NCBI GenBank assembly: GCA_963676835.2
Contig: CAXXFF010000002.1
Coordinates: forward strand, 960,001-1,024,000
Reading direction: 5' to 3'
Source: Marispirochaeta sp.
Lineage (GTDB): Bacteria > Spirochaetota > Spirochaetia > JC444 > Marispirochaetaceae
DNA length: 64,000 nt
Below the pieces are notes generated by a model. The model saw only the letters and a list, made by a program, of their open reading frames with translations, did no database searches and was not told the DNA's origin. The translations under genes and the position numbers were made by a program. This document shows positions 1 to 9,117 of this stretch, in pieces (positions within the stretch are counted from its first letter, which is position 1; each line of letters begins with the position of its first letter).

Positions 1-2
1 AC

Positions 3-1010
3 CCTTCTTTTACAGCAGAATATTTTACCGCAGTTCCGGGAAAGGGTATCCGCGGCAGTGTGAAGGGTGTTGAGTATGTAATTGGTACCGAGCTTTTTAT
101 GGCAGATAAAGGTATTGATTGTGAGGCGTTGAAGGATAAAAAAAAGGAGTTTGAAGCTCTTGGGCATACGGTTATCATACTTGCCGATACCTCTAAGGCT
201 TTGGCTCTATTTTCAATTTCCGACAGTATCCGCGATAAGTCAGTAGCGGGCATTGCCGCTTTAAAAGACATGGGTATAAGCGTTCACATGATAACCGGGG
301 ACAACCGGCGTACCGCGGAGGCCATAGCGGCTGAAGCGGGTATCGATAACATCCTTGCCGAAGTGCTTCCGGAGCAGAAGGCGGAAGAGGTTAAAAAACT
401 TCAGGCCGAAGGCAGGGTTGTTGCCATGGCAGGGGATGGTATTAATGATGCCCCTGCACTGGCGGTTGCAGATGTGGGAATCGCAATGGCGGAAGGTACG
501 GACATTGCCATGGAGTCGGCGGATATAACCCTGATGCGCAGTGACCTTTCAGAAATTGCTGTAACGATTCTCTTGTCAAGAAAGACCATGTCCAAGATCA
601 GGCAGAACCTGTTCTGGGCGTTCTTCTATAATTCAGTTGGAATCCCTTTTGCCGCCCTGGGGATGCTGAACCCGGTTATTGCCGGTGCTGCCATGGCCTT
701 CAGCTCCGTCTCGGTGGTGAGCAATTCCCTGAGTCTCAAACAGTTTAAACTCCGGAATAATAGTTCCCGAGCCAGCAAAGGTAGGAATAGTCATAAGGAG
801 TCAAATATGACCGAAATAATTACCGTGGATGGAATGTCCTGTAATCACTGTAAGATGAGTGTGGAAAAAGCTGCACTTTCCGTTGAGGGTGTAAGCGCCG
901 CAGAGGTTAACCTGGAAAAGAAGGAATTAGCCGTCTCTTTTTCTGATGGAGCGGAGAATATGCAGGCGGTACGCACGGCGGTGGAGGAGGCGGGCTACTC
1001 TCCCTTATAA
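3..1010 (+). CDS. copA: Heavy-metal (Cu+) P1B-type ATPase, 5'-truncated by the window edge, with a C-terminal HMA/CopZ-like domain
   Basis: Frame is open from base 3 (…AVPGKGIRG). Motifs MITGDN, AMAGDGINDAPALA, QNLFWAFFYN and AMAFSSVSVV (YN/MxxSS Cu+ signature); C-terminal GMSCNHC. Confidence 0.9.
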   Translation, partial: PSFTAEYFTAVPGKGIRGSVKGVEYVIGTELFMADKGIDCEALKDKKKEFEALGHTVIILADTSKALALFSISDSIRDKSVAGIAALKDMGISVHMITGDNRRTAEAIAAEAGIDNILAEVLPEQKAEEVKKLQAEGRVVAMAGDGINDAPALAVADVGIAMAEGTDIAMESADITLMRSDLSEIAVTILLSRKTMSKIRQNLFWAFFYNSVGIPFAALGMLNPVIAGAAMAFSSVSVVSNSLSLKQFKLRNNSSRASKGRNSHKESNMTEIITVDGMSCNHCKMSVEKAALSVEGVSAAEVNLEKKELAVSFSDGAENMQAVRTAVEEAGYSPL

Positions 1011-1046
1011 AAACTCTGACAAACTCTGGTAAGACCGTGTAAGAAT

Positions 1047-1075
1047 TTGACAGATCTTCTCTTAGCGAATACTCT
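1047..1075 (+). promoter_or_regulatory. sigma70-type promoter of the first REC-PAS gene
   Basis: TTGACA (1047-1052), 17 bp, TACTCT (1070-1075); the same arrangement recurs at 2003-2031. Confidence 0.7.
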
Positions 1076-1109
1076 TGTATAGTGAAGTCTATACAAGGGT
1101 TGGAAAGTA

Positions 1110-1898
1110 TTGGAATCAAGTAAGGCCGATAAGGATAAAACAATACTCCTGGTGGAGGATGAAGCCCTCATTGCCATGAGTGAAGCCCAAATGCTTCAAC
1201 AGCGTGGCTACTCAGTCCTGCAGGCCTACAACGGCGAGGATGCTGTACTTAAGGTCCATGAAAACCAGGTAGACCTTATTCTGATGGATATTGATCTGGG
1301 CAAGAACAGAATGAACGGAACCCAGGCGGCCCGGAAGATCCTTAAAGACCATACCCTCCCGATTGTTTTTCTCACCAGTCATACTGAAAAAGATGTTGTT
1401 GATCAGGTAAAGAATATTACCCGTTACGGCTACGTTATAAAAAACTCCGGCGAGTTTGTTCTGCTGGAAGCCATTACCATGGCGTTTGAATTGTTTAATT
1501 CCCATCAACGGCTGCATGAGAGTGAAGATCGTTACCGCACCGCCTTTATGACAAGTCCGGATGCAATTAATATCAATCGTATCGATGGTCTCTATGTTGA
1601 CGTGAACGAGGGCTTTACTTCTCTCACCGGTTTTACCCGGGATGAAGTGATAGGCCGGAACTCGGCGGAGATAGAGATCTGGGCTATTCCGGAAGACAGG
1701 GAACGGTTGATTAAAGGTCTTCAGGAAACGGGCTATGTGGAGAATCTTGAAACAATGTTCCGTTTAAAAAGCGGTGAAACGAGGAAAGGGCTCATGTCGG
1801 CCCGGGTTCTGCAGATGGACGGCCAGCCCCATATTCTTTCCATTACCAGAGATATCTCCCGCCGGCACGAAGCAGGACAAGCTGTAGATACTGAGTAA
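1110..1898 (+). CDS. Response regulator receiver + PAS protein, no output domain, probably 3'-truncated
   Basis: ILLVEDE…DLILMDIDLG…PIVFLTS…GYVIK receiver, then one PAS/PAC ending SITRDIS; TTG start. Confidence 0.8.
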   Translation: MESSKADKDKTILLVEDEALIAMSEAQMLQQRGYSVLQAYNGEDAVLKVHENQVDLILMDIDLGKNRMNGTQAARKILKDHTLPIVFLTSHTEKDVVDQVKNITRYGYVIKNSGEFVLLEAITMAFELFNSHQRLHESEDRYRTAFMTSPDAININRIDGLYVDVNEGFTSLTGFTRDEVIGRNSAEIEIWAIPEDRERLIKGLQETGYVENLETMFRLKSGETRKGLMSARVLQMDGQPHILSITRDISRRHEAGQAVDTE

Positions 1899-2002
1899 CC
1901 TGTTTCGGTCTGTTGTCCTGCCTGGACAATACTCTTAAGCTGTTTCCGGTGCAGACTGTTGCATCTAAAGGCCCTGTTTTTCAGCAGCAGGTGCGTAAGA
2001 AT

Positions 2003-2031
2003 TTGACAGATAAGTAATTAGCCTGTACTCT
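2003..2031 (+). promoter_or_regulatory. sigma70-type promoter of the second REC-PAS gene
   Basis: TTGACA (2003-2008), 17 bp, TACTCT (2026-2031). Confidence 0.7.
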
Positions 2032-2064
2032 TTTATAAAGCTAAGTTCATACAGGCGTAAGTAG

Positions 2065-3183
2065 TTGGTTAACACTGCGGAAAGTAAAAAAATCCTTCTC
2101 GTCGAAGATGAAGCAATTATTGCACTGAACGAAACTGCAATGCTTGAATCCCACGGCTATTCTGTTGTGCATGCATACAGCGGAGCAAAAGCTGTTCAGA
2201 AGGTTCATGAAACCCCTGTAGACCTGATCCTGATGGATATTGACCTCGGCCTGGGTTTGATGAGCGGAACTGAGGCAGCTCAGGCAATTCTTAAAGAACA
2301 TGACATTCCGATTGTTTTTCTTACCAGCCATACTGAAAAAGATATTGTTGAAAAGGTGAGAAACATCACCAGCTACGGATATGTAGTGAAGAATTCCGGG
2401 GAGTTTGTATTGCACGAAGCCATCATCATGGCTTTCGAACTTTTTAATTCCCACCGGAAACTTCACGAAAGCGAGGAAAAATACCGGGCCGCTTTTACCA
2501 CCAGTCCTGATGCCATATCTATAAGTACACTGGATGGAGTCTGCATTGATATAAACGAAGGGTATGTCAGAATGTCCGGATATACCTGCGAGGAAGTTCT
2601 CGGCAGAAATGTTGAAGAACTGGGAGCATGGGCGAACCTTGAGGACAGAGCAATGTTTGTCCGCATGCTGAAGCAGGATGGGGTGGTCGACGGTTTTGAA
2701 ACCGGGTTCTGTCACAGCAGTGGAGAAATTATAAGGTGTTTGCTGTCAGCACGGATCCTTGATCTTGGCGGAGAGCAGTATATCCTCTCAATCGCCAGGG
2801 ATGTTACGGAATACCGGAAGGTTGAAGCCCGGCTGAGTGATAGTGAGAAACTTCACCGGTCACTGGTGCAGGCAAGTTTTGATGCCTACTTGCGGCACGA
2901 TTTCAACGGACATATCCGGGAAGTGAATAACGCCGCCTGTGCAGTAACCGGATATACCCGTGAAGAACTTGAATCCATGCGGATCTCCGATCTCGATGTC
3001 TACTTTTCTCTGGATGAACTTCAGCGTGGGGCAGAATATATCCGGAAGTGGGGCGGAGCTGTTGCTGAAAGCAGGCATAAAAGAAAGGATGGATCGGAAT
3101 ATACTGTATCAATTGTTGTTACCTGTCTGCCTTACGAAGGAGAGGATCACTTCGTATCCTTTTTCCGGGATCTTTCCAGATAA
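2065..3183 (+). CDS. Response regulator receiver + PAS-PAS protein, no output domain
   Basis: Clear paralog of 1110..1898 (PIVFLTSHTEKD, KNSGEFVL) with a second PAS ending FVSFFRDLS. Confidence 0.8.
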   Translation: MVNTAESKKILLVEDEAIIALNETAMLESHGYSVVHAYSGAKAVQKVHETPVDLILMDIDLGLGLMSGTEAAQAILKEHDIPIVFLTSHTEKDIVEKVRNITSYGYVVKNSGEFVLHEAIIMAFELFNSHRKLHESEEKYRAAFTTSPDAISISTLDGVCIDINEGYVRMSGYTCEEVLGRNVEELGAWANLEDRAMFVRMLKQDGVVDGFETGFCHSSGEIIRCLLSARILDLGGEQYILSIARDVTEYRKVEARLSDSEKLHRSLVQASFDAYLRHDFNGHIREVNNAACAVTGYTREELESMRISDLDVYFSLDELQRGAEYIRKWGGAVAESRHKRKDGSEYTVSIVVTCLPYEGEDHFVSFFRDLSR

Positions 3184-3200
3184 CAGGAATTATTATTTTC

Positions 3201-3229
3201 TTGTCATAAGCGCTTAGCGGGTTTAGGCT
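3201..3229 (+). promoter_or_regulatory. Promoter of the glycyl radical enzyme operon with a palindrome in the spacer
   Basis: TTGTCA (3201-3206), 17 bp, TAGGCT (3224-3229); TAAGCGCTTA palindrome at 3207-3216; SD TAAGGAG before ATG 3247. Confidence 0.55.
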
Positions 3230-3246
3230 GATGTAAGGAGTTCCTT

Positions 3247-5595
3247 ATGATCCAGACAAGCGGGCGTATAAACCTTCTCAAAAAGCAGATAATCGAAAGC
3301 ATTCCCACCGTAAGCATTGAGCGGGCGCGGATTATTACCCGGGCCTATAAAGAATATGCGGACAAACCTGTTGTGGTTAAGCGTGCCCTGGGGCTGAAGA
3401 AAGTCCTTGAGGAGATGACCATCTATATTAACCCCGGGGATCTTCTTGCTGGAAACCAGTCGGAGAGCCTCCGCTGTCCGCCGGTCTATCCGGAAAACTT
3501 CTGCGCCTGGATGGCCGACCGGGAAGAGATGGACATGATGGAAAAGCGGACCCTCAATCCGCTGAAAATACCCGAATCACTCCGGGGAGAGCTGGAGGAA
3601 ATGGCGGAGTATTGGCAGGGGCAGACCCTGGTGGACCGCTGCTACGCGGTCTTTCCGGAAGACATAAAAGATGCACGAAAATCGCTGCTGTTTTCGGTCT
3701 CCCTGGAAAAGAACGCCATGGGACACTGCGTGCTGGATTATCCCAAACTGCTGACCCTGGGTTATGCGGGGCTGAAAAAAGAGATAGAAGAGAGGCTTAA
3801 GGATGCTGATCCGGATCAGCATGATTTTCTCAGTGCCGCGGCAATTGTCTGTGACGGCATTATCGCCTTTTCCAACCGCTACGCGGACCTCGCGATGGCC
3901 GAAGCCGCAGCGGAACAAAATCCGGTCAGGAAGAATGAGCTTATAAAGATTGCCGATGTTTGTCGTAAGGTTCCTGCCGCGCCTGCGGAAACATTCCATG
4001 AGGCCCTGCAGTCGGTCTATCTGGCTCATACGGTCAACATGATTGAGACCAATGCCTACTCCATGAGCTACGGCCGCTTTGACCAGTACATGTATCCTTT
4101 CTTTCGCTCTGATATTGATTCAGGCAGGGAAACGGAAACCACCGTTCAGGAGCTGATCGACTGCTTCTGGTGCAAGACCAACGAGGTTATGCATGTGGAC
4201 GATTCGGAGATGGTCTATTTTCACGGCGGCCATCCCTTCGGACAGCATCTGACTGTAGGGGGAGTGAGCCGCGCCGGTGAGGATGCGGTAAATGAACTCT
4301 CCTACATGTGCCTCGATGCCCATGAAAATGTAGGGCTCTATCAGCCCGACTTCAGTGTCAGGTTTCACCGCGGTACCGCAGACGCTTTTCGCAGGCGGAC
4401 GGCGGAGGTTATTAAACTCGGCTACGGTCTGCCCCAGATTTTCAACGATGAAGTAATTATCGAATCCCTGGAAAACGACGGACTGCCGAAAGACGAAGCC
4501 CGGGATTATACCCCTACAGGCTGCGTGGAATATGCCACGCCGAAATGCTGGATCCGTGCGCCCGGCGGCTGGTTCAATGTACCCAAGGTTCTGGAGCTTG
4601 CGCTTCACCAGGGGCGCTGCGGTGTTACGGGAAAGCAGATAACCAGGGAGACGAAACCGGTTGAAGAGATTCTCAGTTACGATGAACTCTATGAAATATT
4701 TACCGAACACTTTCGTAAGGCGGTGGCCCTGCATGTGGAGTGGAGTAACCTCATCGACGGTGTTCATGAAACCACCATGCCCCAGCCCTCGGTCTCGGTG
4801 CTTACCGATGACTGCATTGCTTCCGGCAGAGACGTGGTAAACGGCGGGGCCCGCTATAACTTCACCAGCCCCCTCCTGGTAGGAATAGCCAATATTGCCG
4901 ACTCCCTGGCAATTATCAAGCGCATGGTTTTCCAGCAGCGGAAGCTTGGTCTGCCGGAGTTAGTTGCAGCCCTGGACAGTAACTTCGAGGGCCATGAGAT
5001 TCTGCACGCCCGGCTCTTGAACTTTCCCGAGCGCTACGGCAATGACATTGAGTTTGTGGATGCCATAGCCCGGGATATTTCGGTTCTCTTCTGCGATGAG
5101 TTTGAAAAATACATCAATACCCGGGGAGGAAAGTTCCGGGCAGGATTCTGGTCGGTAACTGCCAACTTCAACCTGGGTTCCAATACAGCGGCGACTCCCG
5201 ATGGAAGAAAGGCCTTCGAGCCCCTCTCTGATTCAATCTCTCCCAATGCAGGCAAGGATCTTACCGGCCTGACGGCGTCATTCAACTCCGCGGCGAAGCT
5301 CGATCAGCGCCGGGCATCAAGCGGTACGGTGCTGAACCGGCATATTTCTCCTGCGGATATGGAGGGGCCGGGAAAGCTGGATAAGTTTATTAACCTGGTG
5401 GAAGGATATTTCGAACTGGGCGGCACCAACCTGGGATTCAATATCATCTCCCGGGATACCCTGGTTGATGCCCAGGAGCACCCCGATAACTATGCGGACC
5501 TTATGGTTAAGGTTGCAGGTTATGCCGCCTTTTTCACAGAGCTCGGCAAAGGCTGTCAGGATGCTCTGATAGAACGGACTGAACACCACGTATGA
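3247..5595 (+). CDS. Glycyl radical enzyme (PFL-like fold, single-Cys GCVE eliminase type), substrate unknown
   Basis: SIERAR, GRFDQY, GCVE active-site loop, ATPDGRKA, C-terminal LMVKVAGYAAFF glycyl loop; activase gene overlaps by ATGA. Confidence 0.92.
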   Translation: MIQTSGRINLLKKQIIESIPTVSIERARIITRAYKEYADKPVVVKRALGLKKVLEEMTIYINPGDLLAGNQSESLRCPPVYPENFCAWMADREEMDMMEKRTLNPLKIPESLRGELEEMAEYWQGQTLVDRCYAVFPEDIKDARKSLLFSVSLEKNAMGHCVLDYPKLLTLGYAGLKKEIEERLKDADPDQHDFLSAAAIVCDGIIAFSNRYADLAMAEAAAEQNPVRKNELIKIADVCRKVPAAPAETFHEALQSVYLAHTVNMIETNAYSMSYGRFDQYMYPFFRSDIDSGRETETTVQELIDCFWCKTNEVMHVDDSEMVYFHGGHPFGQHLTVGGVSRAGEDAVNELSYMCLDAHENVGLYQPDFSVRFHRGTADAFRRRTAEVIKLGYGLPQIFNDEVIIESLENDGLPKDEARDYTPTGCVEYATPKCWIRAPGGWFNVPKVLELALHQGRCGVTGKQITRETKPVEEILSYDELYEIFTEHFRKAVALHVEWSNLIDGVHETTMPQPSVSVLTDDCIASGRDVVNGGARYNFTSPLLVGIANIADSLAIIKRMVFQQRKLGLPELVAALDSNFEGHEILHARLLNFPERYGNDIEFVDAIARDISVLFCDEFEKYINTRGGKFRAGFWSVTANFNLGSNTAATPDGRKAFEPLSDSISPNAGKDLTGLTASFNSAAKLDQRRASSGTVLNRHISPADMEGPGKLDKFINLVEGYFELGGTNLGFNIISRDTLVDAQEHPDNYADLMVKVAGYAAFFTELGKGCQDALIERTEHHV

Positions 5596-6527
5596 GTTCC
5601 GGCTGGATATTCAAGATCCAGCGGCACTGTATTCACGACGGCCCCGGCATCCGTACCACGGTATTTTTCAAGGGCTGCCCTCTATCCTGCCTCTGGTGTT
5701 TTAACCCCGAGTCCCAGAACCCCCGGCCGGAAGTGGTCCACTCGCCGGATAAGTGTATTGTCTGCGGTCTCTGTCTCAAGGAGTGTCCTGTGCCGGGCGC
5801 TCTTCAGCCGGATGTTCATGAACCGGAAGGACCAATAGGCAAAAGTAAAATCACCCACAATAAACAACTCTGTACTGATTGCGGCAGCTGTCTGGAGGTG
5901 TGTCCCACCGGGGCTTTGAGTCTCATCGGCTATCAGATATCTTCAGAGGAAGTAGTGGAGACTGTTCTGCGGGACAGGGTCTTTTACGAAAAATCCGGGG
6001 GCGGCGTAACCCTTTCCGGCGGAGAGGTTGCTCTCCAGCCGGATTTTGCCCGGGAAATACTGAAGGGCTGCCGGGATAAGGGGATTCATACCGCCATAGA
6101 AACCTGCGGCCATGCTCCCTGGCGGGAAATGGAGAAGGTGCTGGAGTATACCGATACGGTACTCTACGATCTGAAGATTGTGAATTCTAAGAAGCATCTG
6201 GAATTTACCGGGGTGTCCAGTGAGCTGATTTTTGCAAATATGCGGAAGATAAGCGATGCTGGAAAAGAGCTTGTGCTGCGGCTGCCGCTGATACCGGGCC
6301 TGAACGACGGGGAGGATGATCTGTCCGCCGCGGCTGAGCTTATCCTCAGTCTGCCCGCCTGTGCCGGGGTACACCTGCTCCCCTATGAGCTTTTAGGGGT
6401 GGACAAGTATAAAAAGCTCGGCCGGGGTTATGAGCTGGATAAGATACGTCCCCCGGGGGAAGATTTTCTGGAGAAAGTGCAGAGCTTTTTTGCTGCCAGG
6501 GGGATTGATGTGCAGATCGGGGGATAG
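5592..6527 (+). CDS. Glycyl-radical enzyme activating protein (radical SAM with 2x[4Fe-4S] ferredoxin insert)
   Basis: HDGPGIRTTVFFKGCPLSCLWCFNPESQ; CIVCGLC…CP and CTDCGSC…CP; GVTLSGGE. Confidence 0.95.
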   Translation: MSSGWIFKIQRHCIHDGPGIRTTVFFKGCPLSCLWCFNPESQNPRPEVVHSPDKCIVCGLCLKECPVPGALQPDVHEPEGPIGKSKITHNKQLCTDCGSCLEVCPTGALSLIGYQISSEEVVETVLRDRVFYEKSGGGVTLSGGEVALQPDFAREILKGCRDKGIHTAIETCGHAPWREMEKVLEYTDTVLYDLKIVNSKKHLEFTGVSSELIFANMRKISDAGKELVLRLPLIPGLNDGEDDLSAAAELILSLPACAGVHLLPYELLGVDKYKKLGRGYELDKIRPPGEDFLEKVQSFFAARGIDVQIGG

Positions 6528-6547
6528 GCCCTCTTTCTCCGTGTTTG

Positions 6548-7939
6548 TTACATCCCCGAAAAAAACGTCAGATACGGTCTGCCTTCAGCGAGTCTCTTCA
6601 CATACACCGCCAGTTCCAGCAGATGATAGTCCCCCCACATCGCTGATTCCCCGTGAGGTACAGCGCTGCCTTCGGGGATGTAGTCCCAGCCGTTGGGGCG
6701 GTGATAGACTGTATGAATCAGTATCCCTTCGTGGTCCGGACCCTCAGCAAGGTAGGGTCCTGTAAACAGAGTCTCACAGACCCGCAGTGCCGCTGCGGAG
6801 TACCGTTCTCCTACCGGTGAAGCTGATCCCATATAACGGCCCAGACGAAAAAGGCCCTGGGCAGAGATTGCTGCGGCGGAGGAATCCACAGGTTCAAACC
6901 GATTGAAGGGGTCCGCCGGTTTATCGAGATAATCCGGCAGACTAACCAGTCCCGGGGCACCGGTGTCCCAGTAGCAGATGCCGTCGGTGGGTGTCTGCTC
7001 AATATAGAAATCAGCAGCTGCTTTGGCAGTCTCCAGGCAACGGTTCAGGGCCTCTTCTTTGGTGCTCATCCCCGGAACCGCAGCCTCGACAAACTCATCT
7101 TCCCCCCGTGTATCAAGCCATTCCAAAAGTTCTGCATAGCCCAGGAGTACCCAGGCATGTCCCCGTGTCCAGGTGGTGTAGGGGGAGTAGCCCTGCTGGG
7201 TCGAGGGGCAGCGGTAGCTGCCGTTGGATGTATTGAAAAGCGATTCGTGGGCCACCCGGCCGCGGATATCATAGCTGTCCCGGCGGGTTCCGAAATAGAC
7301 GGTAAAGCGGGAGGTTGTTTCCATGTGCTGAAGAAGCCGTCTGAAAAGGGATATCTTCTCATCCTGCTCGCCCATCAGAACATGGCCGAATTGATGAGCC
7401 AGTGCCAGTACCCGCAGGGTGCGGATGGTATCGGCAAATAGAGAATGTCCGCCGTTGAAGGAGTAGATATAGCCGAGGCCGTCGGCCGCCTGAGTCCAGC
7501 GGGAGGCCTGTACAGCACCGGAAATCATAATCGCCGAGCGGTACATCTTTTTTTCCGTTTCCGGAATAGAGATCAGCCCTTCCCCGGCAAGGCGCAGCAG
7601 GTTCCCGTAGGTGCTGACAGTGTTAAACCCGTGATCATGGACGCCGGTGTGGGTAAGGTGGGGTGTCATACGGCTAAGGATCTCTGCTTTGCCCCATTGA
7701 AGCATATCCTTCTCTCCGCTTGCTTCGTACAGATAGAGGGCATTCCCAAACTGAAATCCCTGAGTCCATTCGGTCCATCCCCGGGATGTATATTCTCCCT
7801 GTACAGTAAATACCGGTGTTCCTTCAGAGGGATTCTGCCTGTTTATCAGCCTTCTGGTCGATTTAAGGCCTGTTTTGATTACTTTTTCTGTTCCCGCTGC
7901 GAGGTCGTCCAGGGCCGGGGGATTGATGGTATGTATCAT
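6548..7939 (-). CDS. Glycoside hydrolase family 88-like (unsaturated glucuronyl hydrolase-like), cytoplasmic
   Basis: WTQGF, HDHGF, WTRGHAW, YWD, DSSAAAI and WGDY motifs of the GH88 (alpha/alpha)6 barrel; no signal peptide. Confidence 0.75.
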   Translation of the reverse strand: MIHTINPPALDDLAAGTEKVIKTGLKSTRRLINRQNPSEGTPVFTVQGEYTSRGWTEWTQGFQFGNALYLYEASGEKDMLQWGKAEILSRMTPHLTHTGVHDHGFNTVSTYGNLLRLAGEGLISIPETEKKMYRSAIMISGAVQASRWTQAADGLGYIYSFNGGHSLFADTIRTLRVLALAHQFGHVLMGEQDEKISLFRRLLQHMETTSRFTVYFGTRRDSYDIRGRVAHESLFNTSNGSYRCPSTQQGYSPYTTWTRGHAWVLLGYAELLEWLDTRGEDEFVEAAVPGMSTKEEALNRCLETAKAAADFYIEQTPTDGICYWDTGAPGLVSLPDYLDKPADPFNRFEPVDSSAAAISAQGLFRLGRYMGSASPVGERYSAAALRVCETLFTGPYLAEGPDHEGILIHTVYHRPNGWDYIPEGSAVPHGESAMWGDYHLLELAVYVKRLAEGRPYLTFFSGM

Positions 7940-7966
7940 TCCGAAACCTCCTGAAAGATGAACTGC

Positions 7967-8962
7967 TTATATAGTTTCACCTTCTACATATTGGACAGGA
8001 AGAATTTCCTGCATCGGGCTGTTATCCTTGTCTATAATTGCTGTATTCAGCCATTCTCCGGCTTTTACTCCGAGTTCGGGAATGGAAAGATTCATGGTAC
8101 TTATTTTTCTTTCAATCATTTTCAACAGGGGAGAGTTGTCGAAGCCCGTCAGGGATATCTCTTCCGGAACCCGTATATTTCGTGCAGTAAATGACTGCAG
8201 AAGGGAAAGGGCGAAAAAATCGTTAAAGGCAAAGACTGTGTTGAATCTGTTCTGCTCTATCCAGGGAATGGCTGTGGTGCTGATGGCCTGAAGATCATCA
8301 ACAAAATAGAGATTCTCTTTTCCGAAGGGAACAGCATGGGAGGCAAAGGCCTTCTCAACTCCTGCAAACCGCTCCAGAGAAAGTTTCTTCAGACTGCTGA
8401 AGGCAATGTAGCAGGGGCGGATATCTTTTCCTTTTTTCTCGTAAACAAGATTCGCAAGGGACCGCATTGCGTCACCGGTGTCATAGCAGACAAAGGAGTG
8501 GTCCGGGCTTTGTCTGTTCAAAAGCACTACAGGAATCTCCCGCTCGTTAAGGGCATTTGAGAGCTCTTCTCCGGGGGTTGTGAACGCGAAGATACAACCG
8601 TCGATATGGCCTGTTTTCTTGAAAGAGAGAAACTCCATATTTCCGTCATTTATACGGGTGGTAATATTAAGCCTGACACTGCCGAATCCTTCCTGAATGG
8701 AATCGATCAGTTCGGAAAGGTTGTAGAAAAAATGAATAAGGGTGTTTCCCGCCCGGGGAAGAAACAGATGAATATTCAGGATTGCCCGGCTTACCTGCTT
8801 TTTTATTGCCCTTCTGCGGTAGCCCATCTCTTCCGCAGCCTGACGGATCTGGCGGGTGCGTTCATCGCTTATAAGGCTTGAGTTGTTAAGAACCCTGGAG
8901 ACAGTGCTGGGTGAAATATCAAGTTTGCGGGCAATATCATATACAGTAACGCGTTTCGCCAT
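7967..8962 (-). CDS. LacI-family transcriptional regulator
   Basis: VTVYDIARKLDISPSTVSRVLN HTH; VPEEISLTGFDN C-terminal signature. Confidence 0.92.
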   Translation of the reverse strand: MAKRVTVYDIARKLDISPSTVSRVLNNSSLISDERTRQIRQAAEEMGYRRRAIKKQVSRAILNIHLFLPRAGNTLIHFFYNLSELIDSIQEGFGSVRLNITTRINDGNMEFLSFKKTGHIDGCIFAFTTPGEELSNALNEREIPVVLLNRQSPDHSFVCYDTGDAMRSLANLVYEKKGKDIRPCYIAFSSLKKLSLERFAGVEKAFASHAVPFGKENLYFVDDLQAISTTAIPWIEQNRFNTVFAFNDFFALSLLQSFTARNIRVPEEISLTGFDNSPLLKMIERKISTMNLSIPELGVKAGEWLNTAIIDKDNSPMQEILPVQYVEGETI

Positions 8963-9019
8963 TCTGCCGGGTACCTCATATTCTTGCTTATCAGCCTTTT
9001 TATATCATATTTCAGCAAT

Positions 9020-9097
9020 TGTTGCATGCAAATTATTCAACTATTTTCTTGACAGAAAAAAGAAAGCACCTCTATACTTGTTTTGTTGCATGCAACA
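9020..9097 (+). promoter_or_regulatory. Promoter flanked by two operator palindromes
   Basis: TGTTGCATGCAAAT (9020-9033); TTGACA 9049-9054, 18 bp, TATACT 9073-9078; perfect TGTTGCATGCAACA (9084-9097). Confidence 0.85.
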
Positions 9098-9117
9098 TTA
9101 ACCTATAGGATGTATCG

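Noticed and set aside
3247..5595. Annotation as pyruvate formate-lyase (pflB) or choline TMA-lyase (cutC)
   Set aside because: It lacks the adjacent Cys-Cys of PFL, and it lacks the CutC loop context and microcompartment neighbourhood.
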